Source: Desulfovibrio sp. (GTDB lineage: Bacteria > Bacillota > Dethiobacteria > DTU022). Taken from it: 64,000 bases of DNA. Below, one piece after another: positions 46,245 to 54,864 of this stretch. Under the pieces are notes generated by a model. That model had not been told where the DNA came from. It saw only the letters and a list, made by a program, of their open reading frames with translations, and made no database searches. A program made the position numbers and the translations under genes. Numbering within the stretch: the stretch's first letter is position 1; each line of letters begins with the position of its first letter. The stretch covers positions 856 to 64,855 of the forward strand of contig JAGUZX010000131.1 in the NCBI GenBank assembly GCA_020060545.1. The letters run 5' to 3'.

Positions 46245-47720
46245 GTGTTTATCGCCTTGACGCAGTTGGAAGCCGGAAAGAAGCTGATTGTTTTAGACGG
46301 CAAGGCCCCGGGTTTGCTCGCGGCGCTGGCGGTCCTGGTTGGGGTTAACCTGATTCCCCTGGCGCTATTTCCGATCGGTGCCGCCGGGGAAGCCGTCCTG
46401 ACGTCCCAGGGGCGGGGCGCGCTGGCCGTTCTCGGCTTTGTAATCGTGCTGTGGATGACCGAAGCGCTGCCTTTTGCCGTTTCCGCGCTGACCGGGCTCC
46501 TGCTGGTACCGGCTTTCGGCCTCGCTTCCTTCAGCGATACCGTGGCTTACGGTTTCGGGAACCCGGTAATCGTATTTTTTATCGGCGTGCTCATTATCTC
46601 GGCGGGGCTCACCCGCTCGGGCCTGGCCGGCCGGCTGACGCAGTTGATCCTGGACCGGATTGGGCTGAGGCCACGCCGCCTGGTCCTTACTTTTCTGGTT
46701 GTCGGGGCGGCCCTTTCGATGTGGATCGTCAATATGTCCGCGGCGGCGATTTTGCTCCCGGTCGCTTTGAATATTTTGCGCCGGGCCGGCGCCGCTCCCC
46801 GCGGGAGCAACCTGGGGCGAGCCCTGATGATCGCCGTGGCCTGGGGGCCGGCGATCGGGGGTATCGCCACACCCGTAGGCAACGGGGCCAATATCGTGGC
46901 CCTGGGCTTCCTGCGCGAGATGGCCGGGATGCGGATCGATTTTTTGCGCTGGATGGCGGTGGGGGTGCCGGCGGCTGTCTTAATCCTGCCTCTGGCCTAC
47001 CTGGTCTTGATCCGGGTGTTCCCTCCCGAACCGCTGGAGCTGCAGCAGGCGAATTGCGCGGCGGCGGGTCCTGCCGCGCCGGGGTTGCAGCCCGCGGAGC
47101 TAAAAGCACTGCTTATTTTCAGCGCGGCGGTGTTTTTCTGGGTGGGGGATCCGGTCTTGCAAATGCTGACCGGCAGATCCATTCCGATTGAAGCGGTGGC
47201 GCTCGGCGCGGCGGTTGCCTATTTCCTGCCCGGGATCAATATCCTGACCTGGAAGGAGGCCCAGGAAGACATCGATTGGGGCGGTATCGTGCTCATCGCG
47301 GCGGGGTTGTCCCTGGGGATGGTAGTTTACCAGACGGGGGCGGCGCGCTGGCTTGCGGTGGCGGCGTTGTCGCCTTTGGGCGGCTTGGGCCTGTTCTGGC
47401 GCATCATCCTGGCGGTGCTGGCCGTGGAGCTGCTCAAGGTGTTTTTCTCCAGCAACACCGTCACCGGGGTGATCCTGGTGCCCTTGGCCATCGCCCTGGC
47501 CGCGGACTTTGCGGTAGACCCGTGGCTCCTGGCCGGCCCGGTAGCGATAGCCACCTCCCTGGCCTTCCTGATGGTCACCTCCAGCCCGACCAATGTGATC
47601 CCTTACGCCTCGGGGTATTTTTCGATCAAGGATTTCGCCAAGGCCGGCATCCCGTTGACCCTGCTGATCCCATTTTGCGTCGCCCTGGCCTTCATTCTTT
47701 TTGCGCCGCTAGTCCGCTGA
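46245..47720 (+). CDS. DASS/SLC13 (ArsB/NhaD superfamily) anion transporter
   Basis: 491 aa, polytopic, with duplicated SNT/SPTN hairpin motifs (FSSNTVTG and TSSPTNVIP). The start is uncertain. Confidence 0.7.
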   Translation: MFIALTQLEAGKKLIVLDGKAPGLLAALAVLVGVNLIPLALFPIGAAGEAVLTSQGRGALAVLGFVIVLWMTEALPFAVSALTGLLLVPAFGLASFSDTVAYGFGNPVIVFFIGVLIISAGLTRSGLAGRLTQLILDRIGLRPRRLVLTFLVVGAALSMWIVNMSAAAILLPVALNILRRAGAAPRGSNLGRALMIAVAWGPAIGGIATPVGNGANIVALGFLREMAGMRIDFLRWMAVGVPAAVLILPLAYLVLIRVFPPEPLELQQANCAAAGPAAPGLQPAELKALLIFSAAVFFWVGDPVLQMLTGRSIPIEAVALGAAVAYFLPGINILTWKEAQEDIDWGGIVLIAAGLSLGMVVYQTGAARWLAVAALSPLGGLGLFWRIILAVLAVELLKVFFSSNTVTGVILVPLAIALAADFAVDPWLLAGPVAIATSLAFLMVTSSPTNVIPYASGYFSIKDFAKAGIPLTLLIPFCVALAFILFAPLVR

Positions 47721-47871
47721 TATTTCGCTCTTTTGCGGCGGCCCCGGGCAGGAAATGGAACGGCGCTGCAGAATAGTGACACAGCATCATTTTTTTTTAG
47801 TTTCAAGTTTTGCAAAATTTCGCCTTGCTTGAATTAATTCTATTTTAATCCAAAAAGGAGGCGTTTTAAAG

Positions 47872-49290
47872 ATGCTGGCCGGTGTCAATTGGGATTCCCT
47901 GCTTGTTTTTGCCTTCCTCAGCCTTTTCCTGGTCGTGGCCACGTTGCTGCGCAGCCGCATTTCGATTCTGCAAAGGTTTTTAATTCCGAACAGTATCCTG
48001 GCCGGGGTGCTGGGGATTATTTTCGGCCAGTACGTGTTCAAGGTGATCGATCCCAACCGGATGGGCGATTATGTCTACCACCTGTTAACCCTGGCTTTTA
48101 TCGCCATGGGGCTGCGCGGCTCCAGGGTCAAGCGCAGCTACGGGACCGTCACCACCATGGTTGTCCACTGCAAGGGCTACGCCATGCAGGGGCTGCTGGG
48201 GATGATCTTCACCCTGGTTGTTATCCTCACCTATATGCCGCGCCTTTTTCCCGCCTTCGGGCTGCACCTGGTGATGGGATACGGCAACAACCCGGGCGTG
48301 GCTTACAGCTTCGGGCAGGCCTGGGAGGCGATGGGCTTTACCGGGGGAGCCCAGGTCGGCCTGACTTTCGGCGCCCTCGGCTTTGTTTGGGCTTATATTG
48401 TCGGCATCATGATTATTAACTGGGGAGTGCGCCGCAACAAGACCGCCCTCTTTAAAGGTTACCACGAGCTGCCGGCCTCGGTTTTTAAAGGGGTCGTCGG
48501 CAGGGACGAGCCGAAAAAGGAGGCGGGGAAGCTGGTCACCTCCGCCGAGGCCGTGGAATCGCTGGCGCTGCAGCTGGCCATCGTCGGCACGGTCTTTCTG
48601 GCGGCATACTATTTTCTCCGGGCCGTAATCGGCGGCCTGGATAACCTCGGCGAAACCGGCCACGACCTGGCCAAGCTGATCGGGGGGTTCGGCTTTATCT
48701 TCGGGATCCTCTTTGCCCTGCTGCTCCGCTGGATTATGGAGCTGCTGCGGATCGACCACGTGATCGATCAGGGCCTGATGTCCCGCTTGGGCGGCACTTT
48801 TGTCGATTACATGATCGCCGCCTCCGTCGCCGCCATCTCCTTGAGCATGATCCGCGCTTACTGGCTGGAGATCGCCGTTCTTTCCACCCTGGGAGGGCTG
48901 GCCACCCTGGCCCTGGTTCTGTTCCTGGTGAAAAGGATGCACCGGGACTTCCACTTTGAGCGGGCGCTCTCCTCTTTCGGCCTGCTGACGGGGACGGTGG
49001 CTTCCGGGTTGGCCCTGCTGCGGGTGGTCGATCCCCACTTTGAAACCCCGGTGGCCGAAGACCTGGTTTACGCCGGCGGGCTGGCTTTGTTTACCGGCAT
49101 TCCCATATTACTGCTGGCCAATATGCCCGCCGCGGCTTACCTGGGCGGGGAGTCGCTCCCGGGGCTGATCAAAACCATTATCCTGGTGGCGGCTTATGTC
49201 GTGGTTCTCTTTATCGGCTGGAAGATCTACCAGGTCCTTTTCCTGCGCCGCCTGAAGCGCGCCGGCGAGGCCGGCGCCGTTTCCAAATAG
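47872..49290 (+). CDS. Sodium/glutamate symporter family (GltS/ESS-like) transporter
   Basis: AAAAGGAGG acts as RBS. The N-terminus LLRSRISILQRFLIPNSILAGVLG parallels E. coli GltS ..FLKKYTIPEPVAGGLL. 472 aa, polytopic. Confidence 0.55.
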   Translation: MLAGVNWDSLLVFAFLSLFLVVATLLRSRISILQRFLIPNSILAGVLGIIFGQYVFKVIDPNRMGDYVYHLLTLAFIAMGLRGSRVKRSYGTVTTMVVHCKGYAMQGLLGMIFTLVVILTYMPRLFPAFGLHLVMGYGNNPGVAYSFGQAWEAMGFTGGAQVGLTFGALGFVWAYIVGIMIINWGVRRNKTALFKGYHELPASVFKGVVGRDEPKKEAGKLVTSAEAVESLALQLAIVGTVFLAAYYFLRAVIGGLDNLGETGHDLAKLIGGFGFIFGILFALLLRWIMELLRIDHVIDQGLMSRLGGTFVDYMIAASVAAISLSMIRAYWLEIAVLSTLGGLATLALVLFLVKRMHRDFHFERALSSFGLLTGTVASGLALLRVVDPHFETPVAEDLVYAGGLALFTGIPILLLANMPAAAYLGGESLPGLIKTIILVAAYVVVLFIGWKIYQVLFLRRLKRAGEAGAVSK

Positions 49291-49347
49291 ACGCCCATGT
49301 CCCCGGCTGTATGGAAACACCGAATGTTAGGCCGGCTTGAACGCCGG

Positions 49348-49402
49348 TGAAACTAAAGTGCCAGGCGCCGGCGTGAACTTGGGCGCCTGGCACCTCAGTT
49401 CA
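49348..49402. repeat. Palindromic element family P, locus F
   Basis: ...AAAGTGCC-A-GGCGCCGGCGTGAACTTGGGCGCC-T-GGCACCTCAGTTCA. Confidence 0.75.
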
Positions 49403-49515
49403 TGCTCCTTTTATGGCCCCGGGTTCAGGCAGCACTTATTTGGCGGCCCCGGGAAAAGGGTTTTTAGCCTCCATCGCGAATTAAAAGATTTATCTGTTTT
49501 GCGGAGGGCGGAGGA

Positions 49516-50259
49516 TTGAATATTTCCGAACTGCAGCCGCGGGACTGCGCCGTAAAAAGCGGGCCAACCTGGCGGGGGCTGGCCAGGGGTGCGCCGATCA
49601 TGATCGGTTACGCGCCGATCGGGTTTGCCTTCGGGGTCCTCGCTTCGACCGCCGGGTTGAGCGTCGGCGGCGCCGCGGCCCTGTCCGTCTTCGTCTACGC
49701 CGGCTCGTCCCAGTTTATTGCGGTGGGGTTAATCGAAGGAGGAGCCGGACCGTGGGCCCTGGCGTTGACCGTTTTCATGGTCAACCTGCGCCACCTGCTG
49801 ATGAGCGCCTCCCTGGCCCCCTACCTGGGGCGGTTGAGACGCCTGGAGCAAGCTTATTTTAGTTTCGAGCTTACCGATGAGTCGTTCGCCGTGCACAGCG
49901 CCTATTTTCAAAACGGCGGTGAGCCTGAGGCGGCCTCGCTTTTTGCCGTGAACACCTCGGCCCACCTGGCCTGGGTGGCCAGCTCCCTGGCGGGGGCTTG
50001 GCTCGGCAGCAGGCTGGCCTTCGACACCCGTATCTTCGGCCTTGACTACGCCCTGGCGGCCATGTTCATCGCTTTGCTGGTCTGCCAGCTGGGCAGCCGG
50101 CGCCGTGTTTTAATCGCCCTGCTGGCGGCGGGCCTCTCGACGGCGCTATATTTGGGCGGATCAGGGCACTGGTATATTATCCTGGCCACCCTGGTTGCCG
50201 CCACGGCAGGGGCTTTGACCGAAAAAGCGCAGGCGCCGGAAGAAGGTGAGCGAAGGTGA
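49516..50259 (+). CDS. azlC: AzlC-family branched-chain amino acid transport protein
   Basis: GYAPIGFAFGVLA...YAGSSQF...NLRHLLMS motifs. TTG start after GGAGGGCGGAGGA. Confidence 0.8.
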   Translation: MNISELQPRDCAVKSGPTWRGLARGAPIMIGYAPIGFAFGVLASTAGLSVGGAAALSVFVYAGSSQFIAVGLIEGGAGPWALALTVFMVNLRHLLMSASLAPYLGRLRRLEQAYFSFELTDESFAVHSAYFQNGGEPEAASLFAVNTSAHLAWVASSLAGAWLGSRLAFDTRIFGLDYALAAMFIALLVCQLGSRRRVLIALLAAGLSTALYLGGSGHWYIILATLVAATAGALTEKAQAPEEGERR

Positions 50260-50585
50260 CGGCGCAGCAGTATTTTCTGGCTGTCGTCCTGATGGCCCTG
50301 GTGACTTACCTGCCGCGGCTCCTGCCGGTGCTGCTGCTCTCGAAGCGCGGCCTGCCCGCCCCCCTGGTGCGCTGGCTGTCTTATATCCCGGTGGCGGTCC
50401 TGGCGGCCATGCTGGGCCCGCTCCTGCTGGCCCCCGCGGGAACCTTCGACCTTCTCCCTGCCCGGAACCCCGGGTTTTGGGTTTCTCTCCCCGTCTTTCT
50501 GGTAGCCTATTTTACCCGCAACCTTTTCGCCACCGTCCTGCTGGGCATGGCCGCGATCGCCCTCTGGCGCCTGCTGCTGTGGTGA
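50256..50585 (+). CDS. azlD: AzlD-family protein
   Basis: Start overlaps the azlC stop. 109 aa, 4 TM helices, TYLPRLLPVLLL motif. Confidence 0.8.
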   Translation: MTAQQYFLAVVLMALVTYLPRLLPVLLLSKRGLPAPLVRWLSYIPVAVLAAMLGPLLLAPAGTFDLLPARNPGFWVSLPVFLVAYFTRNLFATVLLGMAAIALWRLLLW

Positions 50586-50612
50586 CAGTTGGGGACGGGG
50601 CAATTTTGTCAC
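50582..50612. repeat. 31-bp element family T, copy 2
   Basis: GTGACAGTTGGGGACGGGGCAATTTTGTCAC. The azlD TGA stop lies inside it. Confidence 0.85.
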
Positions 50613-50683
50613 GTTTGTGACGGTCGCGACGGAACAGTATTCGGGCCACCTTTGATGAACGGCTTGCCTCGCGTGCTATTGTA

Positions 50684-50712
50684 TTGACAGACCCGTAAAG
50701 CTGAGCTAAGAT
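50684..50712 (+). promoter_or_regulatory. Sigma-A-type promoter of the hut operon
   Basis: TTGACA-17 nt-TAAGAT, 112 nt upstream of the hutH start. Confidence 0.6.
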
Positions 50713-50748
50713 GAAAAAAGAAAAAACAAACCGGTTGCCTGTTGCTCA

Positions 50749-50765
50749 GAGACGGCAGACACCAG
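50749..50765 (+). promoter_or_regulatory. Candidate HutP-binding site (NAG-N4-NAG-N4-NAG) in the hut leader
   Basis: GAGacggCAGacacCAG ends 2 nt before the terminator stem. B. subtilis HutP binds three (U/N)AG triplets spaced by 4 nt. Confidence 0.5.
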
Positions 50766-50767
50766 GG

Positions 50768-50801
50768 AGCACATGGGGATCCCCCGCGTGCTTTTTATTT
50801 T
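50768..50801 (+). terminator. Leader terminator (attenuator) upstream of hutH
   Basis: AGCAC-at-GGGGA/TCCCC-gc-GTGCT hairpin followed by TTTTTATTTT. It lies between the promoter and the hutH RBS (GGGAGGG). Confidence 0.65.
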
Positions 50802-50824
50802 AATTACGGGAGGGTGATTTACCG

Positions 50825-52378
50825 ATGGGTGGATCCATTCACTTGAGCCCCGTTTCCGGCCCGGTGGAAATTGACGGCGGCGGCATGACCATTGAAGAGG
50901 TGGTGCAGGTCGCCCGCCGCGCCAGGGAGGTAACGCTGTCGCCCTCTTCGATCGAGCGGATCGCCGCCTCCCGGGCCATGCTGGAAAAGCTGGTCCGGGA
51001 AGAAAGGGTTGTCTACGGCATCACCACCGGTTTCGGCCGGTTCAGCGACGTGGTCATCTCCAAAGAAGACGCCGCCCGGCTGCAGAAGAATCTGATCGCC
51101 AGCCACGCCGCGGCGGTCGGGGAGCCGCTGCCCGCAGAGGTTGTACGCGGGGCGCTTCTGCTGCGGGCGGTCGCCCTCGCCGGGGGGTATTCGGGTGTCC
51201 GGCCGCTGGTCGTCGAGCAGCTGGTGGCCCTCTTAAATAAGGGGGTCGTGCCGCTCGTACCCTGCCAGGGCTCCCTGGGGGCCAGCGGAGACCTGGCCCC
51301 GCTGGCCCACCTGGCGCTCGTGCTCACCGGCCAGGGGGAGGCGTTTTTCCGGGGGCGCCGGATAAGCGGGGCGGCCGTCCTGGCCGAGGCGGGGATGGAA
51401 CCGGTCACGCTGATGGAAAAAGAGGGGCTGGCGCTGATTAACGGCACCCAGATCATGACCTCGCTCGCCGCCCTGGCGGTCTTTGATGCGGGGAACATCG
51501 TCAAAGCGGCGCAGATTACCGCCGCGTTAACCCTGGAGGCACTCATGGCTGTGCCTGACGCATTCGATCCGCTGCTTGCACGGGTCCGCCCGCACCGGGG
51601 CCAGGCGCGCACGGCGCGGAACATCGTCCGCCTGGTCGAAGGAAGCGCCCTGATCGGCGCGGACCGCCGCAAAGTGCAGGATGCCTACAGTTTGCGCTGC
51701 ATCCCTCAGGTCCACGGGGCTACCGCCGACGCACTTGATTATGTGCGCGGCGTAATCGAGGTAGAGATTAACTCCGTCACCGACAACCCGCTCCTGTTTG
51801 TCGAAGAAGGGCGCGTCTTATCCGGAGGCAATTTCCACGGCCAGCCGGTAGCCCAGGCCATGGATTTCCTGGCTATCGCCGTCGCCGAGCTCGGCAGTAT
51901 CGCCGAGCGGCGCGTGGAAAGAGCGGTTAACCCGTCCCTCAGCGGATTGCCCCCTTTTTTGATCCATGAGGGAGGGCTCAATTCGGGTTTCATGATCGCC
52001 CAGTACACCGCCGCTTCCCTAGCCTCCGAAAACAAGGTCCTTTGCCACCCGGCCGGCGTCGACTCGATCCCCTCCTCGGCCAACCAGGAAGACCATGTCA
52101 GCATGGGCGCCACCGCCGCGCGCAAAGCGCGCCAGGTTGTGGAAAATGTAAGCCGGATTTTGGGGATCGAGTTGTTAACTGCGGCCCAGGCGGTCGATTT
52201 TCGGAACCCGCAAAAAATGGGCCGGGGCACGGCTCTGGCGCACAGGCTGCTGCGGGAAGAGGTCCCGTTCATCGCCCGGGATCAACCGCTCTATCCGCTG
52301 ATCAACCGGGCGGTGGAACTGGTCTCCGGCGGGCGGCTGGTAGAAGCGGTAGAAAAGGAAATTCCCCTTGAGCTGTAG
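50825..52378 (+). CDS. hutH: Histidine ammonia-lyase
   Basis: MIO-forming segment GSLGASGDLAPLAH. Family blocks include YGITTGFG, NGTQ and QEDHVSMG. Confidence 0.95.
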   Translation: MGGSIHLSPVSGPVEIDGGGMTIEEVVQVARRAREVTLSPSSIERIAASRAMLEKLVREERVVYGITTGFGRFSDVVISKEDAARLQKNLIASHAAAVGEPLPAEVVRGALLLRAVALAGGYSGVRPLVVEQLVALLNKGVVPLVPCQGSLGASGDLAPLAHLALVLTGQGEAFFRGRRISGAAVLAEAGMEPVTLMEKEGLALINGTQIMTSLAALAVFDAGNIVKAAQITAALTLEALMAVPDAFDPLLARVRPHRGQARTARNIVRLVEGSALIGADRRKVQDAYSLRCIPQVHGATADALDYVRGVIEVEINSVTDNPLLFVEEGRVLSGGNFHGQPVAQAMDFLAIAVAELGSIAERRVERAVNPSLSGLPPFLIHEGGLNSGFMIAQYTAASLASENKVLCHPAGVDSIPSSANQEDHVSMGATAARKARQVVENVSRILGIELLTAAQAVDFRNPQKMGRGTALAHRLLREEVPFIARDQPLYPLINRAVELVSGGRLVEAVEKEIPLEL

Positions 52379-52456
52379 AACTGTTCTTAGAGATTCGCCT
52401 TTTGCCGTCTAATGAAAGGGCAAGGGCAATGAAAAACCAAACCGGGGGGAAAAAAG

Positions 52457-52894
52457 GTGGAGCAGATCGGCAGAACGGCGATTATGTTCGCCCTCTCCCA
52501 GGGGACGATGGAAGAGCAGATCAGGCTGGAAGCGGCGGAAAACGGGTTTACCTTGCTTAAGGGGCGGGTCGGGTCGATGAGCAGTGAAAAAATATTTGCC
52601 GCCGTGGAAACGGCCGCGGCGCGGGAAAACCTGATCCGCAAAGAGCTCTACCGGGAAACCCACGCCCTCTATCACGCCGCCCTGGACGCATTTGCCGGTA
52701 TCTGCCGCGGCCAGGTGGGGCTGGGGAGCATGCTGCGCACCGTGGGTTTGATTTTCACCGTAGCCCGGGGGCCGCGCAGCGTTGAACAGCGCGAAGACGG
52801 CGACTGGATCGCCGTGGTCCTCTACGGGACGATCGGCGCCCCGGTGAAGGGGTTCGAGCATGAAACGATCGGCCTGGGGGTCAACCACCTCTAA
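52457..52894 (+). CDS. hutP: HutP, the histidine-responsive RNA-binding antiterminator
   Basis: Aligns along its whole length with B. subtilis HutP as I recall it: GRVGSMSSEKIFAAVETA, YRETHALYHAALDA, LGSMLRTVGL, GDWIAVVLYGTIGAPVKGFEHETIGLGVNHL. Confidence 0.9.
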   Translation: MEQIGRTAIMFALSQGTMEEQIRLEAAENGFTLLKGRVGSMSSEKIFAAVETAAARENLIRKELYRETHALYHAALDAFAGICRGQVGLGSMLRTVGLIFTVARGPRSVEQREDGDWIAVVLYGTIGAPVKGFEHETIGLGVNHL

Positions 52895-52982
52895 CTTGAA
52901 GCTCGAACCTTGGAAGCAGGAGGTAGAAAGCAGAAGGTTGGAGACAAACCGCCCGTCTTCCGGCCCCCAAGCGGCGAGATTT

Positions 52983-53053
52983 ATCGATCGGGAGAACGGT
53001 CCTCTTGATCGATAGCCAGGAAAACGTCCCCCTGTTCTAGCCTCTTGATCGAT
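52983..53053. repeat. Hairpin repeat family H (stem + GAGAACGGTCC/CCGTCCCC core), hutP-hutU spacer
   Basis: ATCGATCGGGAGAACGGTCCTCTTGATCGAT, then ...AACGTCCCCC...CCTCTTGATCGAT (partial second copy). Confidence 0.7.
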
Positions 53054-53067
53054 GGGAGGTGTTTCGC

Positions 53068-54720
53068 ATGGAAAGAGAGATCCGCGCGCCCCGCGGCACC
53101 GCCCTCAGCTGCAAGGGTTGGCCGCAGGAGGCGGCCCTGCGCATGCTGATGAACAACCTTGATCCCGACGTGGCTGAAAACCCGCAGGAGCTGATCGTCT
53201 ACGGCGGAAACGGCAAGGCGGCGCGCAACTGGGACTGTTTTGACGCCCTGGTGAAGACCTTGCGCCGCCTGGAGGGCGACGAAACCCTGCTGGTCCAGTC
53301 GGGAAAGCCGGTGGCCGTATTCAAGTCCCATCCCGACGCGCCCCGGGTGCTGATCGCCAACTCGCTCCTGGTGCCCCGCTGGGCGGACTGGGAGCGCTTC
53401 CGCGCGCTAGAAAGGCTGGGGCTGACCATGTACGGCCAGATGACCGCCGGCAGCTGGATCTACATCGGCACCCAGGGCATCCTGCAGGGCACCTATGAAA
53501 CCTTCGGCGCAGTAGCCCGCCACCATTTCGGGGGCAGCCTGAAAGGGAAACTTGTGCTTACCGCCGGACTCGGCGGCATGGGCGGCGCCCAGCCGCTGGC
53601 GGTGACGATGAACGAGGGCGTGGTGATCGCGGTCGAAGTCGACCCGGCGCGCATCGAGCGGAGGCTCAAGACCGGCTACTGCGACCGCACGGCGCAAAAC
53701 TTGGACGGCGCCCTCGCCATGGCCCGTGAAGCCGCCTGCCGGGGCATACCCCTCTCCATCGCCTTGCCCGGGAACGCCGCCGCGGTGTTCCCGGAAATCG
53801 CCAGCCGGGGGGTAATCCCCGACGTGGTGACCGACCAGACATCGGCCCATGATACATTAAACGGCTATATCCCCGACGGGATCGAGTACGAGGCGGCGCT
53901 GCGCTTGAGAAAGGACGACCCCGCGGAGTACCAGCGCCGCGCGGCGGCATCGATCGCCAGGCATGTCCGGGCCATGGCCGAGATGCAAAAGCAGGGCGCC
54001 GTCGTCTTCGACTACGGCAACAATATCCGCCAAGCCGCCCTGGATGAAGGGTATGCCGACGCTTTCGCTTTTCCCGGGTTTGTGCCCGCCTATATCCGGC
54101 CCCTCTTTTGCGAGGGGAAAGGGCCCTTCCGCTGGGTGGCGCTTTCCGGCGACCCCGCCGATATCGCCCGCACAGATCGGGTAATTCTGGAGCAGTTTTC
54201 GCACGACCCGCACCTGGTCCGCTGGATCAAGACGGTCGGGGAGAAGGTCCGCTTCCAGGGCCTGCCGGCCCGGATTTGCTGGCTCGGTTACGGCGAGCGG
54301 GCCCGTTTCGGGGCGATTATCAACGACCTGGTGGCCGCGGGTGAAATCAAGGCCCCGATCGTGATCGGGCGGGATCATCTGGACTGCGGCTCGGTGGCAT
54401 CGCCCAACCGCGAAACCGAGGCCATGGCCGACGGCAGCGACGCGATCGCCGACTGGCCGATCTTGAACGCCCTGGTCAACACCGCCGGCGGGGCCACCTG
54501 GGTCTCCGTGCACCACGGGGGAGGGGTGGGGATCGGTTATTCCCTGCACGCCGGGATGGTGGTCGTGGCCGACGGAACCCCTGAGGCGGCCCGGAGGCTG
54601 CAGCGGGTCCTGACCACGGATCCGGGTCTCGGGATCGCCCGCCACGCCGACGCCGGTTACGAGGCGGCCCGTCAAAGCGCCCGTGAAAACCGGCTCGATA
54701 TCCCGATGCTGGACAGGTAA
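53068..54720 (+). CDS. hutU: Urocanate hydratase
   Basis: The ATG lies 6 nt after GGGAGGTG. Conserved blocks: [75 protein letters not shown]. Confidence 0.95.
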   Translation: MEREIRAPRGTALSCKGWPQEAALRMLMNNLDPDVAENPQELIVYGGNGKAARNWDCFDALVKTLRRLEGDETLLVQSGKPVAVFKSHPDAPRVLIANSLLVPRWADWERFRALERLGLTMYGQMTAGSWIYIGTQGILQGTYETFGAVARHHFGGSLKGKLVLTAGLGGMGGAQPLAVTMNEGVVIAVEVDPARIERRLKTGYCDRTAQNLDGALAMAREAACRGIPLSIALPGNAAAVFPEIASRGVIPDVVTDQTSAHDTLNGYIPDGIEYEAALRLRKDDPAEYQRRAAASIARHVRAMAEMQKQGAVVFDYGNNIRQAALDEGYADAFAFPGFVPAYIRPLFCEGKGPFRWVALSGDPADIARTDRVILEQFSHDPHLVRWIKTVGEKVRFQGLPARICWLGYGERARFGAIINDLVAAGEIKAPIVIGRDHLDCGSVASPNRETEAMADGSDAIADWPILNALVNTAGGATWVSVHHGGGVGIGYSLHAGMVVVADGTPEAARRLQRVLTTDPGLGIARHADAGYEAARQSARENRLDIPMLDR

Positions 54721-54738
54721 AAGGTTAGGGTCTGGATG

Positions 54739-54841
54739 TCAAGGGAACCGTCCTTTGATATAGATAGAAAATATATATCAAGAGAACCGTCCCCTTGATA
54801 TACGTCCCCTTGATATATATCAAGAGAACCGTCCCCATGAT
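54739..54841. repeat. Hairpin repeat family H, array of 3.5 units in the hutU-methyltransferase spacer
   Basis: TCAAGGGAACCGTCCTTTGA; TATCAAGAGAACCGTCCCCTTGATA; CGTCCCCTTGATAT (half unit); TATCAAGAGAACCGTCCCCATGAT. Confidence 0.8.
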
Positions 54842-54864
54842 CTATTTTGGACAGGAGTGATCAA

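Noticed and set aside
49389-49402. TGGCACCTCAGTTCA upstream of azlC considered as a fourth sigma-54 promoter.
   Set aside because: The -12 position reads TTCA rather than TTGC, so the GC is missing. The sequence is simply one arm of the palindrome family.
54739-54841. CRISPR-like array suggested by the repeated TATCAAGAGAACCGTCCCC units.
   Set aside because: There are only about 3.5 units, with irregular and near-zero spacers. The units are themselves hairpins and lie inside an operon spacer. No cas genes or leader are present.
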